DNA of 64,000 nt, from assembly GCA_040388195.1 (NCBI GenBank), contig JAZKCF010000106.1, positions 444 to 64,443 of the forward strand, written 5' to 3'. A program made the position numbers and the translations under genes. The notes beneath the pieces are model-generated. The model had not been told where the DNA came from. It did not search any database and saw only the letters and a program-made list of their open reading frames with translations. Source of the DNA: Pseudomonadota bacterium (GTDB lineage Bacteria > Pseudomonadota > Gammaproteobacteria > Burkholderiales > DATLHW01). This document shows, piece after piece, positions 1-8,926 of the stretch (the stretch's first letter is position 1; the number at the start of each line of letters is the position of its first letter).

Positions 1-28
1 TTTTCCGCATTGGAATAGCTTTCATTTC

Positions 29-808
29 ATGAATACCTATACCCGCTGCCCTAAATGCAATCACACGCCGCTTCCCCAAGACCAAGCGTTGCCGACAGCC
101 TGCCCTACTTGCGGATTGGTTTTAGCCAAATATGCGCAAAAACAACTGGAAGCTAGAGAACGCGCAGCGCAAATTGTCAACGGCGAGAATCCGGAAGAAA
201 CACTAGACGAAGCTAATTGGAAAACCTGGCTTAGAGAGCATGTGTTTTATGTGCCGGAGCAAATCGAGCCGGCGCATTTGTGGCTGCGCGTCGGATTCCT
301 GGTGTTCTTCGCTATTTGGGGCGTGCGGTTAATCGCGATGGACTTTCGGGATGGGGAAATAGGTTCGTCGTTTCTACATAGCCCACTACTTGTTTTTCAC
401 GAAGCCGGGCACGTAATTTTTCGTCTCTTCGGCGAATTCATGATGATCTTCGGCGGCACGCTCGGGCAACTCGTGATGCCGGCAATTTTAATGGGAGCCC
501 TTCTCATACAAAACCGAGATCCCGTCGGCGCCTCCATTGGCCTCTGGCTGCTCGGCGTCAGTTTTTTGGACGTTGCGCCTTATGCGTATGACGCGCTGGA
601 CCCGCAGTTAATGCTGCTGTCTGGCACTACAGGAGAAGAAGGCGGTCATGATTGGATTTATCTGTTGAAAACCTTAGGACTGCTAAATAAGGCGCATGGA
701 TTAGGTTGGCTTATCCATAAACTGGGCGCAATCATTATGGTAACGGCGATAACTTGGGGAAGCGTTATTCTTTGGAAGCAATATTGCATTCTCAAAAAAG
801 CAAATTGA
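29..808 (+). CDS. Zinc-ribbon plus membrane HExxH (M50B-like) putative metallopeptidase
   Basis: N-terminal CPKC...CPTC; several TM helices; FHEAGH motif and later GGHDW. Confidence 0.6.
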   Translation: MNTYTRCPKCNHTPLPQDQALPTACPTCGLVLAKYAQKQLEARERAAQIVNGENPEETLDEANWKTWLREHVFYVPEQIEPAHLWLRVGFLVFFAIWGVRLIAMDFRDGEIGSSFLHSPLLVFHEAGHVIFRLFGEFMMIFGGTLGQLVMPAILMGALLIQNRDPVGASIGLWLLGVSFLDVAPYAYDALDPQLMLLSGTTGEEGGHDWIYLLKTLGLLNKAHGLGWLIHKLGAIIMVTAITWGSVILWKQYCILKKAN

Positions 809-816
809 CTCAAGAG

Positions 817-921
817 TAGGACTTACGCAAAAACGCCCCAACGGCGTTGCTTCTCCTTGCCGTACAGTTCCGTACTGTCTGCGTCGTCGCGTCTTGCTGG
901 GACGGTTTTGCGTAAGTCCTA
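817..921. mobile_element. MITE-like palindromic element, copy 1
   Basis: TAGGACTTACGCAAAA...TTTTGCGTAAGTCCTA terminal IRs; flanking direct repeat AAGAG (812-816/922-926); near-identical copies at 10380, 50337, 55110. Confidence 0.85.
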
Positions 922-940
922 AAGAGCATTCTCACGCCCC

Positions 941-3900
941 TCATGCCGCAGGGCGCGCCATATTACCGCTCTCACGCTCAGCGATAGGTACATCGATGGA
1001 TTCAATAATCGCTTTCAAAATATCCAACTCCACCGGCTTTACCAAGTGATAATCGAAACCCGCTTCCATTGACCGGCAGTGATCTTCAGGTTGTCCATAA
1101 CCGGTGAGGGCCAAGATAACGGCGTGCTTAGTCTCCGCCATTTTGCGCATCTCACCGACAACGCCGAAGCCGTCCATGCCAGGCAATCCGATATCCAATA
1201 GTACGATGCTTGGAGAAAATTCTGCGGCAATTTCCAATGCTGCATAACCTGTACTCGCTGAGCGGACCTCATGGCCCTGAATTTCCAAAAGCGCGGTCAT
1301 GCTTTCTCTGGAATCATCGTTATCATCAACCACAAGAATGCGGGCGTGTTTGGAATTTATTTGCACGCGTTCACGCGGCTTTGCCACAACACGGACAATT
1401 TCTGGCGACACCGCCGGCAAACGCACAATAAATTCGCTCCCCTTTTCTGAACCCGCGCTATGCGCCTCGACAGATCCGCCATGTAACTCAATCAGGTTTT
1501 TCACTAGCGACAATCCAATACCCAAGCCACCTTGTGAACGATCCAATGAACGGTCAGCTTGAGTGAACAAATCAAATATGCTGGGCAATATATCCGCAGG
1601 AACACCAATACCGTTGTCCTTCACCGATACAATCACTTCGCTGCCTTCCACCTTTGCGGTAACAGCAATCCTGCCGTTTTCTTCCGTATACTTCGCCGCG
1701 TTATTCAGCAGATTGCCAAAAATTTGCGCTAAGCGAATCGCATCACCGTTGACAATGACGGGTGGAGTCGGGAGATGTATATCCAAATGATGGCCGCGTC
1801 CATCGATTAGCTGTCTACAAGTTTCTATAGCAGCAAGAATGGTTTCGTTGAGATTGACTCTTTCCTTGCGAAGCGTGACTTTTCCCTGCGTAATGCGTGA
1901 GACATCCAGAAGATCATCCACTAGACGAGTCAAATGGCGAACTTGGCGTTCGATCATATCGCAGGCTTTCTGCAATTCCGGCACTGCGGGTGCACGTAAA
2001 GCAAAAACTTGCACGGCATTTTGGATAGGCGCTAACGGATTGCGTAATTCATGTGCGAGCATTGCCAAAAATTCATCTTTCCGCTGGCTTGCTTCTCTCA
2101 GCATTTCCCGAATGCGTTTTTGCTCGGTGATATCGCGAGCGATTTTTGAAGCGCCGGTAATCGCACCCGATGCATCTTTAATGGGTGAAACCGTCAGAGA
2201 AATATCCACCAACTGTTGATCTTTGCGTACCCGCACTGTTTCAAAATCAATGATCCGTTCTCCGCGCCGGAATTTGCCGATAATTTCCAGTTCCTCTGCA
2301 TGACGGTCAGGCGGCATTAACAAGGAAATATGCCGCCCCACCGCTTCTTCAGCGGTATATCCGAAAATGCGTTCCGCTCCTGCATTCCAGCTCGTGATAA
2401 TTCCGTCCAACGTGTTACCCATGATCGCATCGTCCGAGCATTCGACAATCGCGGCTAATTGACGAACTGACGCTTCCCCTTGCTTATGCAGCGTGATGTC
2501 AACACAAGACCCAACGTAGCCGGCAAATCGGCCAATAGGCGTGAAGCGTGGAACGCCTTGAACGATAATCCAGCGGTACTGGTCATCTTGTCGTTTAAAT
2601 CGACATTCCATTTCAAACTCCTTACGAGCATCGAAAGCCGTGTTATAGATTTCCATACAACGCTGGCAATCGTCCGCGTGTATATTCTCCGCCCATCCAT
2701 TGCCTAACTCTTGCTGCAGAGTGCGACCGCTAAAATGGCGCCAACCCTGGTTAACGTAACTGCAGGATTTATCAATGTCCGCCATCCAGATCATCACTGG
2801 CGCATAATCGGCCAACATTCGAAAACGCTCTTCGCTCTCGCGCAAATTCGCTCTGCTTTCTTCACGAACGCGCGTTAACTCTAAATGCGAAGCAATCCGA
2901 GCGACCAACTCTCTCGCAGAAAAAGGCTTGATCAAATAATCATCGGCTCCCGCCTGTAATCCCTCTAAGCGCGCATTTTCATCGGCACGCGCAGAAAGCA
3001 TGATGATGGGTACTTCACGCAACTTTGCATCAGAGCGAAGCGCCCTCAACAAGCCGAAGCCATCGCGCTTTGGCATCATGACATCAGTCAGTACTAAATC
3101 CGGCCGATGCTTCCGCGCATTCCGTAACGCCGCTTCGCCATCGGAGACGGCATCTACATTCCAGTAGCGGGCCAGTAGACGAATGAGGTAATCCCGCATA
3201 TCAGCGTTGTCATCCACCAATAGCACATGCGCGCGCGCCTCGGGCTTTGCGTACCACGCCGGCATATAAAAATCACCGATATCGGGAACAAGATTTTCCG
3301 CCGGTTGCAGCGATTTTTCTTTATCCGCGGGCAACCAGCGTAATGCCTCTTCCATGTACGGCCGAGTGGCGAGGCCGGTTGATACCAACGTACGTCCCAC
3401 GCCGATTTGATCGCTAGGCAAATGCGCGCAACCGCAAGGTATTGCCACGGTGAACACTGTGCCGCTTCCCTGCACGCTCACCACTCGAATGCTGCCGCCG
3501 TGCAAGCCAATCAATTCCTGTACTAACGCCAGCCCAATTCCCGATCCTTCATAAGTACGCGCAGCCGTTTCCCGCACACGGTAGAAACGCTTAAACAAAT
3601 TGGGCAATTCCGATTGCGGTATGCCAACACCGGTATCCCGCACGGCAAGTTCCACATTGCTGCCGTGGTAGCTCAGAGCAATCTCAATCTCACCATCGAA
3701 AGTAAATTTGAAAGCATTGGATAGCAGATTAAGCACAATCTTTTCCCACATGTCCCGGTCGACGTACATGGCAACCGGCAAAGTCGGACAGTCGACAACA
3801 AAGGAAAGCCCGCCACGTTCAATCGCTGACCGGAACACGCTCGCCAACTCCACCGTCAATGCGCTCAAGTCCGTCGGCTCGTAAACTGCTTGCATGCGGC

Positions 3901-5206
3901 CCGCTTCAATTCGTGAGAAATCGAGCAGGGTATTGACCAACTTCAATAGCCTTACGCCATTGCGTCGTAGAATTTCGATCCGCTCTCTTTGCACGGGTGG
4001 AAGAGGATGTTGAGTGTCGCCAATAGCATCCTCAGCGGGACCAAGCATTAGTGTCAGCGGTGTACGAAACTCATGACTTACGTCGCTGAAAAAAGCAGTT
4101 TTTGCGCGGTCTAATTCAGCCAGCGCTTCTGCCCGTTTTCTCTCCTTCTCATAGGCGTGCGTATTGGCGATTGCCATGCCGATATGTCCGGCGACCAAAT
4201 CGAAAAACGAACGATATTCGGTATCGTCCACTCGTCGAGGGCTAAGGCCGACAATTAGAAAACCAGCAGGCCGCTCTTGACCAGAAGCCGCGATCGGTAG
4301 CACAAGCGCTGAATCGGAAGACTCAGCCCACGGCCCACCAGGAAGGGGCCCGAACTTCGCGGAAAGGTTTTGCAAAAGTTCGCCACGTCCCGTTCGATAA
4401 ATACGGGCAAGTGGCCAAGGAGAATTAAAATATGATTCCGTCAGGCCCAATCGTTTGGGCGCGGCGACGCCATCAATGTTTATTGCATTACTGGCAATAA
4501 GTTCTGCGTTATTGCCTTCGTCATCAACAATGTAAAGCAGTGAAAACGGCACGTCGGCAGAGTCTTGCGCCAAGGTCTTAATCGCGGCACTGCAAGCGCT
4601 CCAGGTCCACTTCGCTTCGGCAGCGCGGGCGCTCAATTCGCGCAGCGTACGAAGGCGCCGTTCGCGAATCACCCGCTCCGTGGTTTCTGTACACGCGCAA
4701 AAAATACCGCCGATGGTTCCATCATCCAACAGAATAGGGCTATAGGAAAACGTGAAGTAAACTTCCTCGCGAGGAATGTTACGATCCATCATCAGCAATA
4801 AATCTTCCGACCAGGTCGCTTTTCCAGTTTTAAGAACGCCTTCCAACATGGGGCCAATCACATCCCATACTTCAGCCCAGCATTCTCGCGCTGGGCGCCC
4901 TAGCCAACCGGGATGCTTAGTCCGTCCCAATACTGGGCGATAAGCATCGTTGTACAACATGGAAAGATTTTTGCCCCACCACAACACCATGGGAAAGCAG
5001 GAGTTCAGGCAAATGCTCACAGCGGTCCGTAGCGCCTGAGGCCATTTGCTGACTGGCCCAAGATCCGTGTCGGACCAATTATGCGCACGCATCAACACGC
5101 CCATCTCACCGCCGCCTGCCAAGCATTGGTTGATCGTCGATGTACTTTCCATCAGTGAGGTAGTCATACCGGGAAACTCCAAGGTAGAAACCTGCTCTCC
5201 GTGCAA
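941..5206 (-). CDS. Multi-sensor hybrid histidine kinase (PAS/GAF-HisKA-HATPase-REC-PAS-PAS-HisKA-HATPase-REC)
   Basis: Two H-boxes (SHEFRTPL, AHELRNPL), two G-boxes (GSGIGL, GLGIGL), two receivers (LTDVMMP, LLDIGLP); start may be ATG 5167. Confidence 0.9.
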   Translation of the reverse strand: MHGEQVSTLEFPGMTTSLMESTSTINQCLAGGGEMGVLMRAHNWSDTDLGPVSKWPQALRTAVSICLNSCFPMVLWWGKNLSMLYNDAYRPVLGRTKHPGWLGRPARECWAEVWDVIGPMLEGVLKTGKATWSEDLLLMMDRNIPREEVYFTFSYSPILLDDGTIGGIFCACTETTERVIRERRLRTLRELSARAAEAKWTWSACSAAIKTLAQDSADVPFSLLYIVDDEGNNAELIASNAINIDGVAAPKRLGLTESYFNSPWPLARIYRTGRGELLQNLSAKFGPLPGGPWAESSDSALVLPIAASGQERPAGFLIVGLSPRRVDDTEYRSFFDLVAGHIGMAIANTHAYEKERKRAEALAELDRAKTAFFSDVSHEFRTPLTLMLGPAEDAIGDTQHPLPPVQRERIEILRRNGVRLLKLVNTLLDFSRIEAGRMQAVYEPTDLSALTVELASVFRSAIERGGLSFVVDCPTLPVAMYVDRDMWEKIVLNLLSNAFKFTFDGEIEIALSYHGSNVELAVRDTGVGIPQSELPNLFKRFYRVRETAARTYEGSGIGLALVQELIGLHGGSIRVVSVQGSGTVFTVAIPCGCAHLPSDQIGVGRTLVSTGLATRPYMEEALRWLPADKEKSLQPAENLVPDIGDFYMPAWYAKPEARAHVLLVDDNADMRDYLIRLLARYWNVDAVSDGEAALRNARKHRPDLVLTDVMMPKRDGFGLLRALRSDAKLREVPIIMLSARADENARLEGLQAGADDYLIKPFSARELVARIASHLELTRVREESRANLRESEERFRMLADYAPVMIWMADIDKSCSYVNQGWRHFSGRTLQQELGNGWAENIHADDCQRCMEIYNTAFDARKEFEMECRFKRQDDQYRWIIVQGVPRFTPIGRFAGYVGSCVDITLHKQGEASVRQLAAIVECSDDAIMGNTLDGIITSWNAGAERIFGYTAEEAVGRHISLLMPPDRHAEELEIIGKFRRGERIIDFETVRVRKDQQLVDISLTVSPIKDASGAITGASKIARDITEQKRIREMLREASQRKDEFLAMLAHELRNPLAPIQNAVQVFALRAPAVPELQKACDMIERQVRHLTRLVDDLLDVSRITQGKVTLRKERVNLNETILAAIETCRQLIDGRGHHLDIHLPTPPVIVNGDAIRLAQIFGNLLNNAAKYTEENGRIAVTAKVEGSEVIVSVKDNGIGVPADILPSIFDLFTQADRSLDRSQGGLGIGLSLVKNLIELHGGSVEAHSAGSEKGSEFIVRLPAVSPEIVRVVAKPRERVQINSKHARILVVDDNDDSRESMTALLEIQGHEVRSASTGYAALEIAAEFSPSIVLLDIGLPGMDGFGVVGEMRKMAETKHAVILALTGYGQPEDHCRSMEAGFDYHLVKPVELDILKAIIESIDVPIAERESGNMARPAA

Positions 5207-5411
5207 CAGGCCCTTGCGGTAGGATATGGCGCGCGTAATCGAGTCACACGCTTTACGTATCTCTTGCCTAACTCATTTTTATGAAGCTTCTACAAGAGGG
5301 GCTATATTTTGCAGAAGTAAAAAACATCTATTCCGCCAATACACAATAATGTATAGACCATTTTGTCAGTCTGCGAGCGGGAAAATAGATGACGGCGTGA
5401 ATACAATTTGC

Positions 5412-6587
5412 TTATATTGCGGGACCCTCATTGATTACCAATTCACCCATCCACACCTGGCCTTGCAAGCGTGCCACATCGCTTAATGAACCTGACGCCG
5501 CGTATTGTTCGCGCAACCAGGTACTATCATTGCGTCCAGCGGCGGCGATGCTGAGTAAGCGCGTGAGCGGCACTTCGGTTTGCAGTTCCGCTGCGTAAGG
5601 TTGCAGTCGATTGATGGTGGCGATAATGTCGTCTTTCAGCGATATCGGCTGACGTTTTTCCGGATCGATAATTTTGCCCTCGAATCCAAATCGGCAAGCA
5701 AGGAAGCGGTTGTAGCTATAGACCTGATATGTCGCCCTTGATGGCTCGTGCGGCCGTTCGGCCAATAAATATTTGGCAAGGGTTTGCGCGTATGCGGCTA
5801 AGTACGCGGCGGTTTCCACAGTGAGCGGCGTATCGGGAACACGGATTTCCATGGTGCCGTATTCCGGCTTGGGCCGTATATCCCAATAAAAATCCTTCAT
5901 GCTTTTCACGATACCTAAGTCATACATTTCGTTGTAGTAACGATTGAAATCCTGCCAATCGGTTACTAACGGCATGGTGCCGGAAAGAGGAAATGCGCTC
6001 ACCGCATTAAGACGAGAAGACTCGAATGCCGAATCAACGCCTTGCAGGAAAGGAGACGACGACGACAACGCGATAAAGTGCGGCACATAGCGTGAAAACG
6101 CGTGTGTGAGGTAAATGGCCGCGTCGCCACTCTCGCACCCAATATGGATATGTTGGCCAAAAATAGTAAATTGCTTAGCGAGGTACCCGTACAAACTAGA
6201 AAGATATTCGAAACGCTCTTTGGAATGTATGCGCTGCTCACTCCATTTTTGAAACGGATGTGAACCGCCGCCAGCCAAGACAACGTTTAACTTGCGCGCG
6301 TATCCCGACATTACTTCACGAACGGCAGTAAGTTCCGCCAATAACGTCGCATAAGAATCATGCACAATCGCGGTCGAGACCTCGATCATGCTGTCGGTCA
6401 TTTCAGGTTTGATGTCGCCCGGGTGAGGCGTTTTTTCGGCAAGCTTTAGCAGATCGCTTGCGCCTCGACACAAATTGTAATCCCGCGTATTGAGGATCTG
6501 AAGTTCGAGCTCTACACCCATTGAAAGAGCCCGGGACTGCACGAATTCCAAATTTTGCAAAAACTGCTCCTTTTTACCTAGATTCAA
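5412..6587 (-). CDS. ybdK: YbdK-family carboxylate-amine ligase (glutamate--cysteine ligase GCS2)
   Basis: GVELELQ, FGQHIHIG, ALSSSSPF, WDIRPKPEYGTMEIRVPD motifs. Confidence 0.85.
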   Translation of the reverse strand: MNLGKKEQFLQNLEFVQSRALSMGVELELQILNTRDYNLCRGASDLLKLAEKTPHPGDIKPEMTDSMIEVSTAIVHDSYATLLAELTAVREVMSGYARKLNVVLAGGGSHPFQKWSEQRIHSKERFEYLSSLYGYLAKQFTIFGQHIHIGCESGDAAIYLTHAFSRYVPHFIALSSSSPFLQGVDSAFESSRLNAVSAFPLSGTMPLVTDWQDFNRYYNEMYDLGIVKSMKDFYWDIRPKPEYGTMEIRVPDTPLTVETAAYLAAYAQTLAKYLLAERPHEPSRATYQVYSYNRFLACRFGFEGKIIDPEKRQPISLKDDIIATINRLQPYAAELQTEVPLTRLLSIAAAGRNDSTWLREQYAASGSLSDVARLQGQVWMGELVINEGPAI

Positions 6588-6628
6588 TGACTGATACTAC
6601 GCAGTTTTATGGCGAAGAAAAAAGTGCG

Positions 6629-6707
6629 GTCCACGAAAGGCACAAAAAAACAGGCATAATAAAGTTACGTTGTGAAACCTTTCGTGTCTTTCGTGTCTTT
6701 CGTGGAC
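6629..6707. repeat. Inverted repeat built from tandem 9-mers (TCTTTCGTG x3 / CACGAAAGG)
   Basis: GTCCACGAAAG...CTTTCGTGTCTTTCGTGTCTTTCGTGGAC read directly. Confidence 0.7.
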
Positions 6708-6725
6708 AAAAGCATTTCACGTAAA

Positions 6726-7937
6726 TTATGAAACACTCGGATTAATTTCCCCCGCTCGCTTCAATCCCCACTGCGCAACAACGGGTCCGCCCAGTTCTAG
6801 CACAACCAGCGCAAGCATAAGCGCCGCCGCTATGTTGTCCCCCATCTCTGGATAATTTTTTGTGACGCCGAGAATCGAAATCAGCACTACGCCGGAAAGC
6901 GGCTGCATAACGAGATTCAAATTCCACGATCCTGAAAACCCTAACGTACCTGTCCGTGAAAATAGAGAAAGTCCAATCAGTTTTCCAGCAAAACGGGCAA
7001 TTAGCAGTACCACTCCCATCCAAGCCACGCTAAGACCATCATCAAAGTGCAAGCGCGCACCGGATACCACAAAAAGAATCACCATAAACAACTCACCGCC
7101 GCGACCAAATTCCACAGGTATTAGCGACCGCTGCTTATCCAAATTTCGGGTCAGAATGCCGAAAGTCAAGAGGGTCAGCAGCACAGAAAAATTCAATGCA
7201 TTCGCGGCGCCCACAGCAATGACTACGAGGCTAACAACCAAGATGAAGTGATGCCCTTCTCGTTTACCAAGCAGCGCTGCCAGTTTGATGCCGACTACGC
7301 TAAGCACTAAACCTATCAGCGCCGAGCCTAGCAATAAATAAATCGGATGTAGTACGACGACCATTGTGTCAGCGCGATGCTGAAAATGAATCACCGGCAG
7401 AAGCATGGCGATGACAAAAAAAGCGATCACATTATTTAATGCCGTGAACGACAACGCACGTTCGGTCACCTGCCCTTCAGCGGAGAGTTCCTTGGTCAGT
7501 TGCGTCACTACCGTAGGAGAAGTAGAAATTGCCATTGCGGCAAGTAATGCGGCAAATAAATGCCAAACTCCCAACGCATAGAGCGCGAAATAAACAAAAC
7601 CAAATGCCAACGCACTTTCGGTAACGCCAGTGGCTAGCAGCCAACGATCGCGCGTTAGCCATTTGAAATCGAGTCGATTACCAAGTTCATAAAGAATCAG
7701 CCCCAGGCCAATATCGACAAAAACTTTAGCATCGGCGAGCATGGCTTCGGAAAGCCAATTAAGTCCTGCGGGACCCAATAACATGCCGATGGCGACAAAG
7801 CCTGTCATGCGAGGAATACGCAATATTGCATTAAAAAAATGCCCACTCAGCAGTCCGGCGAGCAGCAGGATGCCAAATAAAAGCAAATTGTTAAGTGCAA
7901 GGTTTTCTATGGGGAGAAGTGTTGTTCCGGCGAGCAT
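6726..7937 (-). CDS. Cation:proton antiporter (CPA2/Kef-like membrane domain, no KTN domain)
   Basis: ~12 TM helices; GLGLILYELG, AISTSPTVV, ALNN, LFVVSGA. Confidence 0.8.
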   Translation of the reverse strand: MLAGTTLLPIENLALNNLLLFGILLLAGLLSGHFFNAILRIPRMTGFVAIGMLLGPAGLNWLSEAMLADAKVFVDIGLGLILYELGNRLDFKWLTRDRWLLATGVTESALAFGFVYFALYALGVWHLFAALLAAMAISTSPTVVTQLTKELSAEGQVTERALSFTALNNVIAFFVIAMLLPVIHFQHRADTMVVVLHPIYLLLGSALIGLVLSVVGIKLAALLGKREGHHFILVVSLVVIAVGAANALNFSVLLTLLTFGILTRNLDKQRSLIPVEFGRGGELFMVILFVVSGARLHFDDGLSVAWMGVVLLIARFAGKLIGLSLFSRTGTLGFSGSWNLNLVMQPLSGVVLISILGVTKNYPEMGDNIAAALMLALVVLELGGPVVAQWGLKRAGEINPSVS

Positions 7938-8065
7938 GCATTCCTTTCAGTCGATCTTCCAAACAAAGGAAGCTCCAAATAAGTGTAGTGAGCGAGCCGA
8001 CTTTAAGCCGAGCAGTAACTGTGTACGAATAGGTGTAGCTGGGATTTCGGGGAGCATGCTCCTCG

Positions 8066-8109
8066 CTTGCGGAACGATTTGCACATGCAAGCGCAAACCG
8101 TTCCACAAG
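8066..8109 (-). promoter_or_regulatory. 19-bp stem-loop in putative antiporter leader
   Basis: Fully paired on the minus strand with three G-U pairs; the plus strand would carry three A-C mismatches. Confidence 0.5.
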
Positions 8110-8360
8110 GGCATTGAGTACCGGGTGTTTAAAGCCGGCTCGCGCAGTAGCTTATTTAAAAACTTCCAAAATTTAGATTTGTTTGGAAGACAATATTCGG
8201 GCGCAAGTATGGCAGGCTACGAAAGATTTGGCGAGGTGAGAGGAGAACAGAAAAAATGAAGCGGCGAACCACTCGTTAGAGCAGCTGCCGCTATCGGAAC
8301 TCAACCGCCGCAAGGACAAAGCCGACGGTAGCTGCTGCCATTAAAGCAGCGAGCTGAATA

Positions 8361-8582
8361 TTAGTTTAGGTAAAGCCGCGTACGCCGTGACATTGGTGTG
8401 TCAGACATTACGCCTAAAACGCGGCGGGCAGTACCTGGCGGCAACACAACAGGCTTAGAACACATTACTTGTGCTAGCGCGGTATCGTCAAAATGCCGTT
8501 TGCTACTTGGCCGGTCTTCAACAGTCGATTTGTCGTCCAGAGCTTGTTCTTCTTCCACAGCGAAAAGTTCTTTGTCGTCCAT
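8361..8582 (-). CDS. Small acidic hypothetical protein (73 aa)
   Basis: ATG at 8582 preceded by GAGGGG RBS; the longer track ORF runs through a terminator. Confidence 0.55.
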   Translation of the reverse strand: MDDKELFAVEEEQALDDKSTVEDRPSSKRHFDDTALAQVMCSKPVVLPPGTARRVLGVMSDTPMSRRTRLYLN

Positions 8583-8637
8583 GATTAGGTTCCCCTCTGA
8601 AACATCTCTGCCCTTATGATTAGGGCCAACGACCGCC

Positions 8638-8665
8638 AAAAAATTGGGGCACTTTCGTGCCCCAA
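8638..8665 (-). terminator. Rho-independent terminator
   Basis: 9-bp stem, GAAA tetraloop, six T. Confidence 0.8.
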
Positions 8666-8726
8666 CCAATCGGAGGAGACAGAAGATTTCAGATAAGGCA
8701 CTTAAGCACTACATCTGACACCTTCA
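8638..8726 (-). ncRNA. Candidate sigma54-dependent sRNA with anti-SD (UCUCCUCC) seed
   Basis: -24/-12 promoter directly upstream; 5' hairpin; single-stranded TCTTCTGTCTCCTCC; terminator TTGGGGCAC-GAAA-GTGCCCCAA-T6. Confidence 0.65.
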
Positions 8727-8736
8727 GTTCTATAGA

Positions 8737-8752
8737 AGCAATTCTAATGCCA
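8737..8752 (-). promoter_or_regulatory. Sigma54 -24/-12 promoter
   Basis: TGGCATTAGAATTGCT with exact GG-N10-GC spacing; AT-rich tract upstream. Confidence 0.75.
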
Positions 8753-8926
8753 GTTTTTCTTTTTCAATATAAACAATGGATTATGTGAAACAGTTAATGT
8801 TGTACTTACAATTTTCGTCATATTTAACGCGACAAAGTGACGCAAATTTGAAACATACTTCATAGCAGTCTAAAAAAGTGACAAAAGACGCCACTTGGCG
8901 CCGCGGTTAATGCATTCGATCGACGC

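Noticed and set aside
7741-8259. 172-aa plus-strand ORF
   Set aside because: Antisense to the antiporter start and leader; no recognisable motifs
8810-8885. GlrR boxes at the sRNA promoter
   Set aside because: GTC...GAC spacings are 11 and 9 nt, not 10
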